In this document: piece after piece, positions 7,470 to 11,733 of the stretch
Layout: each line of letters begins with the position of its first letter
Position numbering within the stretch: the first letter of the stretch is position 1
Origin: an uncultured archaeon
Lineage (GTDB): Archaea > Asgardarchaeota > Jordiarchaeia > Jordiarchaeales > Jordiarchaeaceae
Assembly: GCA_964510585.1 (NCBI GenBank)
Contig: CAZECW010000170.1
Location: forward strand, 1-11,733
DNA length: 11,733 nt
Direction: 5' to 3'
The notes under the pieces: generated by a model
Told to the model about the DNA's origin: nothing
The model's database searches: none
What the model saw: the letters and a program-made list of their open reading frames with translations, nothing else
Position numbers and translations under genes: made by a program

Positions 7470-7973
7470 CTAATCCAGAATACTTGCTTTGCTCCTAAGC
7501 TTTCTTAGGGTCTCATCCAGAGTCTCAACCACCACTCTGGTACCATTTATAGTCTCCATGAATCCTATTTCACTATGATATCGGGGAACAACCTGTATAT
7601 GGAAGTGCTTTACGCTGGCACCAGCAGCTTCACCCTGATTAATACCTATGTTAAAGCCATGGGGATGGTAAACTTCCTTAAGCAGCCTCACAGATTTCTG
7701 GGTTAACAGAAATAGTCCGCTGACCTCCTCACTACTCAACTCCTCAAAGTCTTCAACATGCCTGATAGGGAAAATCAAAAGGTGACCAGGATTATAAGGA
7801 TATATGTTTAGAACCACCATGTAGTCCTTGTTTTCATAAACAATTTTTTGTTGAACCTCTGGATTTCTCTCCGCTATAGAGCAAAGAATGCAATCCACTT
7901 TTGGCCTGTTTTCACCTCTAGCATAATTTCCTTTAGAGGGAACACAAATGTAGGAGCGAAACTTCTTTATCAA
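7470..7973 (-). CDS. HIT-family nucleotide hydrolase/transferase (FHIT / Ap4A-phosphorylase-like), about 167 aa
   Basis: CILC Zn motif, NIYPYNPGHLLIFP.RH, GFNIGINQG..AGAS and HFHIQVVPR. Start revised to TTG 7973 with SD GGAGTGA 7 nt upstream. Confidence 0.9.
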   Translation of the reverse strand: MIKKFRSYICVPSKGNYARGENRPKVDCILCSIAERNPEVQQKIVYENKDYMVVLNIYPYNPGHLLIFPIRHVEDFEELSSEEVSGLFLLTQKSVRLLKEVYHPHGFNIGINQGEAAGASVKHFHIQVVPRYHSEIGFMETINGTRVVVETLDETLRKLRSKASILD

Positions 7974-8079
7974 CCTTCTATCACTCCAGCTCCTTGTAAG
8001 GGGGGAGATAATTCTCACTTAGCATTATTCCAGAATTTGAAGCGTTGTATAAAGATTGCTAGAACCTTATTTTAAAATA

Positions 8080-8418
8080 TTACGCCTTATATAAACCAAT
8101 TACGAACGAGAGGAAAGCAAGCAAACCTATAACTTCAAATGCAACCAGATTTTTAGCCGTTAAATTGGTTAATATGGCACTGTACGTGAATCCAAAAGCA
8201 TTTAAATAATCCGCAATTAAGCCGTCGTAGGGGTGATAAGCTCCAGCTACACCTCCATATAAATTCATAAAAAACAAAATGGTAAAAGCGCCCATAAAGA
8301 ACAGAAGGAAATTGGAGCCTGAATTCTTATATGAGTAGTAAGCTAGACCCGCTAAAAGCAGGTATCCACAGCCTATGGCAACCATCAAAACAGAAGCTAC
8401 ATCAAATAAGAAACTCAT
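8080..8418 (-). CDS. Small integral membrane protein, about 3 TM helices, unknown function
   Basis: Three hydrophobic segments, SD GGAGG, and an ATGA overlap with the upstream ORF stop. Confidence 0.8.
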   Translation of the reverse strand: MSFLFDVASVLMVAIGCGYLLLAGLAYYSYKNSGSNFLLFFMGAFTILFFMNLYGGVAGAYHPYDGLIADYLNAFGFTYSAILTNLTAKNLVAFEVIGLLAFLSFVIGLYKA

Positions 8419-8819
8419 TTACTTCCCTCCTTAACTAGCTCACCTCTACTCCTACTAGCGAAAATCATAGCCAAGCCGAAAAACGCTATGGCAATGAAAT
8501 GAAAAGACTGAAAAATAAGCCACATTTCCTGCTGGGCATAAAACATGTAATCCAAACCAAACTTCAACCAATCATAAACATCTACAAGGTAATAATAAGA
8601 TAAATCAAGTACAGGCTCAAAATAAAGGGAGCCAATCTCAACCATCATTAAAACTAGAAAGGATAATGCGAGAAAAACAAAGAGCGCCCCTCTTCCCTTT
8701 CTATAATAAAAAACTATCGAACATCCGCAAAGAAGGGCATAGCCTACAATAGCAATTAAACCCAAGTACATCACAAGAGGTTCAAGCATAGCAACAGATC
8801 CAACCACAAAAACCACCAA
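8415..8819 (-). CDS. Small integral membrane protein, about 3 TM helices, unknown function (start uncertain: TTG 8819, GTG 8816 or ATG 8789)
   Basis: Hydrophobic segments separated by a basic YYRKGRG loop and an aromatic loop; translationally coupled to the next gene. Confidence 0.75.
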   Translation of the reverse strand: MVVFVVGSVAMLEPLVMYLGLIAIVGYALLCGCSIVFYYRKGRGALFVFLALSFLVLMMVEIGSLYFEPVLDLSYYYLVDVYDWLKFGLDYMFYAQQEMWLIFQSFHFIAIAFFGLAMIFASRSRGELVKEGSK

Positions 8820-9180
8820 CCTAAAAATCGTACACTAATATGCGCATTACCTCTAAAAATCTTTCGAAAAAAAATAAAAATAAGAGGAAAAAGAAACTCG
8901 GTTCTTTTATTTCTCCTGTTGTAGCTTTCATCTTTTTATTGTAGGGTAGGATTTTTGCCGCTCTTCGCTACGTGGTGATTCCAAAGTTTCAGTAATAGAT
9001 TTGGGCTGGGTATGTTTAAAAAGAGACGCTAAAAAACGCTTCTTTTGGAAAAATAATGGAGCCCGGGCAGACCCTTACAGCCAAAAATTACCTAAAACAA
9101 AATCATCTATTATAATGTAGCAGGTGGAAAACAATTCAAATCCTAGCAAAGAATCAGCGCCAGAGTAGAAAAAAGATCCA

Positions 9181-9213
9181 AAAATAAATAAAAAGAGAAA
9201 AAAGGGGGCTAAA
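9181..9213 (-). terminator. Oligo-T terminator after the thermosome gene
   Basis: The minus strand reads TTTTTTCTCTTTTTATTTATTTT shortly after the stop, as is typical of archaeal U-rich terminators. Confidence 0.6.
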
Positions 9214-10893
9214 CTACATCATGCCAGGCATCCCGCCCATACCGGGTGGGCCGCCTCCGGGCGTTCCAGGTTTTCCTCCAGAAGAACCCTCGCCGCCCTT
9301 GGATTCACTGTGAGGCTTGGAAGCTATGACGTCATCAATTCTTAGGATCATCTCAGCAGCTTCACTTGCTGAAGCTATAGCTTGCTTCTTCACACGCAAT
9401 GGTTCAAGAACACCCGCCTTAAGCATGTCAGCGACTTCGCCTGTGTTAATGTTTACACCCATCCAAAGGCCGTCCTTCTTCTCGTGAGCCGCACGAAGCT
9501 TCACAATGATGTCCAGCTGATCATGACCTGCATTTTCGGCCAGCGTCTTGGGAATAATTTCTAGGGAATCAGCGAAGGCTTCAATAGCTAATTGTTCACG
9601 ACCACCGATTGACTCTGCGTAATCTCTTAAGCGTTTTGCGATTTCTACTTCTGGTGCTCCGCCTCCAGCCACCATCTTCCGATCTTCGATTACGTCTCTG
9701 ACCACACTGAGTGCATCGTTCAGAGCGCGCTCACCTTCATCTACAACGTGTTCAGTGCCGCCTCGAATTACAATGGTTACAGCTTTGGGGTTTTTACATT
9801 CACGAACATAAACCATCTTGTCTGTTGCAACCTTAAGTTCCTCAACAAGACCTGCGTAGCCTAGGTGTTCGGGTTTAAGCTCCTTCAAACTTGTAACGAT
9901 GGTAGCGCCGGTGGCCTTGGCTAACTTTTCCATGTCTGATTTCTTAACTCTGCGAACTGCTGCTATGCCTGCCTTTGCCAAATAGTGTTGTGCAGTGTCA
10001 TCTATGCCCTTCTGGGAGAATATGACGTTTGCTCCAGTATTCTTTATGGTCTCAACCATCTGTTTAAGTAGGTTTTGTTCTTCGTCTAGGAAGGCTTGCA
10101 TCTGCGTTGGGTCGCTTATCCGGATTTCTGCATCGAACTCCGTTTTTTCAATTTCTATCGCTGCGTCCACCAGTGCTATTTTCGCATTCTTGATTATTTT
10201 GGGCATAGCTGGATGTACTAGTTCCTTATCCACCACCATGCCTTGTACCAGTTCTGTTTCTAGAATACTTTTTCCCTGCTTTTTAACCAGATTAACCATG
10301 TCTCGGTTGGCTTCAATTTTGCCATCCTTTTTTTCTGCGATTTGTTTTATGGCTTTTACTGCAATGTCTGCGAAGTGTTCTTTTGCTCCCAATACTGATT
10401 TGCTGTTCATAGAGGTAACTGCAATTTTTTTGAGAGTTTCCACGTCTTCGGGGTCTACTTCGATAGCTATCTGATCTAGTATTCTCTTGGCCTCATCTGT
10501 AGCTTTCTTGTATCCACTAACTATAATTGTTGGGTGAATTTTTTGGTCAAGGAGCTCCTCTGCTCTCTTCAAAAGTTCACCTGCAATTATGACCGCGGTG
10601 GTAGTTCCGTCGCCGACCTCATCGTCCTGGGTTTTTGCCACTCCGACCAGCATTTTAGCGGCTGGATGTTGAACATCTATCTCATCCAGAATCGCTGCAC
10701 CGTCGTTTGTTATGGTAACGTCTCCCAGACTGTCAACGAGCATCTTGTCCATGCCTCTTGGTCCCAGTGTAGATCTCACAGCTTCTGCTATTACTCTTGC
10801 AGCCATTATGTTTGACCTTTGTGCATCTTTTCCACGAGTTCTTTCTGAGCCTTCTTTAAGTATTAGTACAGGTACTCCTCCTAGTTGTGCCAT
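9214..10893 (-). CDS. ths: Thermosome (group II chaperonin) subunit
   Basis: [31 protein letters not shown] and a GGM-rich C-terminal tail; SD GGAGGA. Alpha versus beta subunit was not assigned. Confidence 0.98.
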   Translation of the reverse strand: MAQLGGVPVLILKEGSERTRGKDAQRSNIMAARVIAEAVRSTLGPRGMDKMLVDSLGDVTITNDGAAILDEIDVQHPAAKMLVGVAKTQDDEVGDGTTTAVIIAGELLKRAEELLDQKIHPTIIVSGYKKATDEAKRILDQIAIEVDPEDVETLKKIAVTSMNSKSVLGAKEHFADIAVKAIKQIAEKKDGKIEANRDMVNLVKKQGKSILETELVQGMVVDKELVHPAMPKIIKNAKIALVDAAIEIEKTEFDAEIRISDPTQMQAFLDEEQNLLKQMVETIKNTGANVIFSQKGIDDTAQHYLAKAGIAAVRRVKKSDMEKLAKATGATIVTSLKELKPEHLGYAGLVEELKVATDKMVYVRECKNPKAVTIVIRGGTEHVVDEGERALNDALSVVRDVIEDRKMVAGGGAPEVEIAKRLRDYAESIGGREQLAIEAFADSLEIIPKTLAENAGHDQLDIIVKLRAAHEKKDGLWMGVNINTGEVADMLKAGVLEPLRVKKQAIASASEAAEMILRIDDVIASKPHSESKGGEGSSGGKPGTPGGGPPGMGGMPGMM

Positions 10894-10937
10894 TTACTTT
10901 TCCTCCAAACATTTTTGTTTTTAACATTTGATGATTT

Positions 10938-11504
10938 TTATTCGATTTTTATTCCTCTTCCTTTTTTCTCCTTTTTGGGAATTTTTATTTCTAATATTCC
11001 GTTTTTGTAGCTTGCTTTAGCTTGTTCTGGAATAGTTACAGCTGGAAGTTTGACTTTTTTATAGAATTTGTCTCCAGCTTTTATCTCCACCTCATTTTCT
11101 GTGCTGTTTAGCTGGATGTCTTGTTTATCTATTCCTGGTGTTTCGGCTACAATTATTATTTCATTCTCCGTTTCAATCACGTCTGTGAGGGGTTCTCTGA
11201 CTTCTGATAACCCCTTCAACACAGAGCTTGGTTCAGATCCCAGTCCAGTTCCCCTAGGTAGGTTTCCGAATTCTCTGATTTCTGGTTTCCCATCTGGTCC
11301 AATTGTCATACTCCATCCATAGACAAAGGGCCCCGTTATTTCCGTTCCATCAGAGAGCCTTCTTTTAGGAAGTTTTTCTAGGTCTTTTAGATCTATTCCG
11401 GAAAAAGGAAAGTCAGACAGGAACTCTCTCTGCATCTCTTCAAACATTTCCCTAATTTCGTCGAACAAGTTTCTGTACCTTTTTCTCCTTTCCCAGAAAC
11501 TCAT
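10938..11504 (-). CDS. hsp20: Archaeal small heat-shock protein Hsp20 (alpha-crystallin domain), about 188 aa
   Basis: GPFVYGWSMTIGPDGKPEIREFGN, EPLTDVIE and ASYKNGILEI motifs. Start revised to ATG 11504 (MSFWERR) with SD GGGTGA upstream. Confidence 0.95.
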   Translation of the reverse strand: MSFWERRKRYRNLFDEIREMFEEMQREFLSDFPFSGIDLKDLEKLPKRRLSDGTEITGPFVYGWSMTIGPDGKPEIREFGNLPRGTGLGSEPSSVLKGLSEVREPLTDVIETENEIIIVAETPGIDKQDIQLNSTENEVEIKAGDKFYKKVKLPAVTIPEQAKASYKNGILEIKIPKKEKKGRGIKIE

Positions 11505-11573
11505 TGGTGTCACCCTTTTTGGATTCACTTCGGAGAAATGAGTTAGATTCACGTCGGGGTGTACCAGCACTTC

Positions 11574-11581
11574 TATATAAA
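11574..11581 (-). promoter_or_regulatory. TATA box (TTTATATA) of the hsp20-thermosome promoter
   Basis: Consensus TATA with a BRE-like CGAAA upstream, about 70 nt before the hsp20 ATG. It lies inside the ORF-track N-terminal extension, which argues against the 11594 start. Confidence 0.65.
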
Positions 11582-11733
11582 TATTTCGAATCAAATGCTG
11601 TGTTGCATAATTCTTATTTTTTTAATTTATTTATATATTATTTTGAATTTTTTGCAATTTCACATTGTTAATTTGAAAAAATTTAAGAAAATTAAATAAA
11701 TTCATTAGAAAAAGTAAAATTATACAACACAGC

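Noticed and set aside
8068-8079. Perfect 12-bp palindrome TATTTTAAAATA
   Set aside because: It is A/T only in an AT-rich spacer, so it is expected by chance or is simply a TATA element.
8821-8931. 36-aa minus-strand ORF MKATTGEIKEPSFFFLLFLFFFERFLEVMRILVYDF
   Set aside because: Its hydrophobic stretch comes from the T-tract and there is no SD, so it is probably spurious.
9056-9115. Approximately 19-aa plus-strand ORF MEPGQTLTAKNYLKQNHLL
   Set aside because: Too short, with no SD and no supporting features.
1516-11322. Short ORFs nested in or antisense to glcD-like, carB, carA, HIT, ths and hsp20 (e.g. 1516, 1807, 2264, 3434, 3965, 4702, 5571, 5955, 6183, 7848, 9382, 9995, 10534, 10712, 11068)
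   Set aside because: They overlap well-conserved genes on the opposite strand and show no recognisable motifs.
11542-11546. CTAAC/GTTAG half-site resembling the Archaeoglobus HSR1 operator as I recall it (CTAAC-N5-GTTAG)
   Set aside because: Only one half is present; the partner half-site is missing.
1-11733. CRISPR arrays, tRNA, rRNA and recoded in-frame stops (Sec/Pyl)
   Set aside because: No regularly spaced repeats or cloverleaf were seen, and all recognised proteins appear full length without internal stops.

Overview
Archaeal genomic window. SD motifs GGAGG/GAGGTG, TTTA(A/T)ATA TATA boxes, a group II chaperonin and an archaeal-type Hsp20 point to TACK or Asgard; the exact lineage cannot be fixed from sequence alone. 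Most of the window is a co-oriented minus-strand run: hsp20, thermosome, two small 3-TM membrane proteins, a HIT protein, a DUF2148 Fe-S protein, carA, carB and a GlcD-like FAD oxidoreductase. This run converges on a plus-strand gene for a K/E-rich, probably disordered protein with a C-terminal winged helix. At the left edge is the 5' end of a probable IS1634-family (DUF4277) transposase that the ORF track missed. The content is mostly housekeeping, with no CRISPR, rRNA or tRNA, and I do not see a clearly new multi-gene system. The best leads are the polyampholyte-wHTH protein, the HIT enzyme with an HxHxQ motif, the coupled pair of apparently paralogous 3-TM proteins, the CAD-like carAB pair separated by one base, and several candidate operators. 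Several ORF-track starts are corrected using SD positions.
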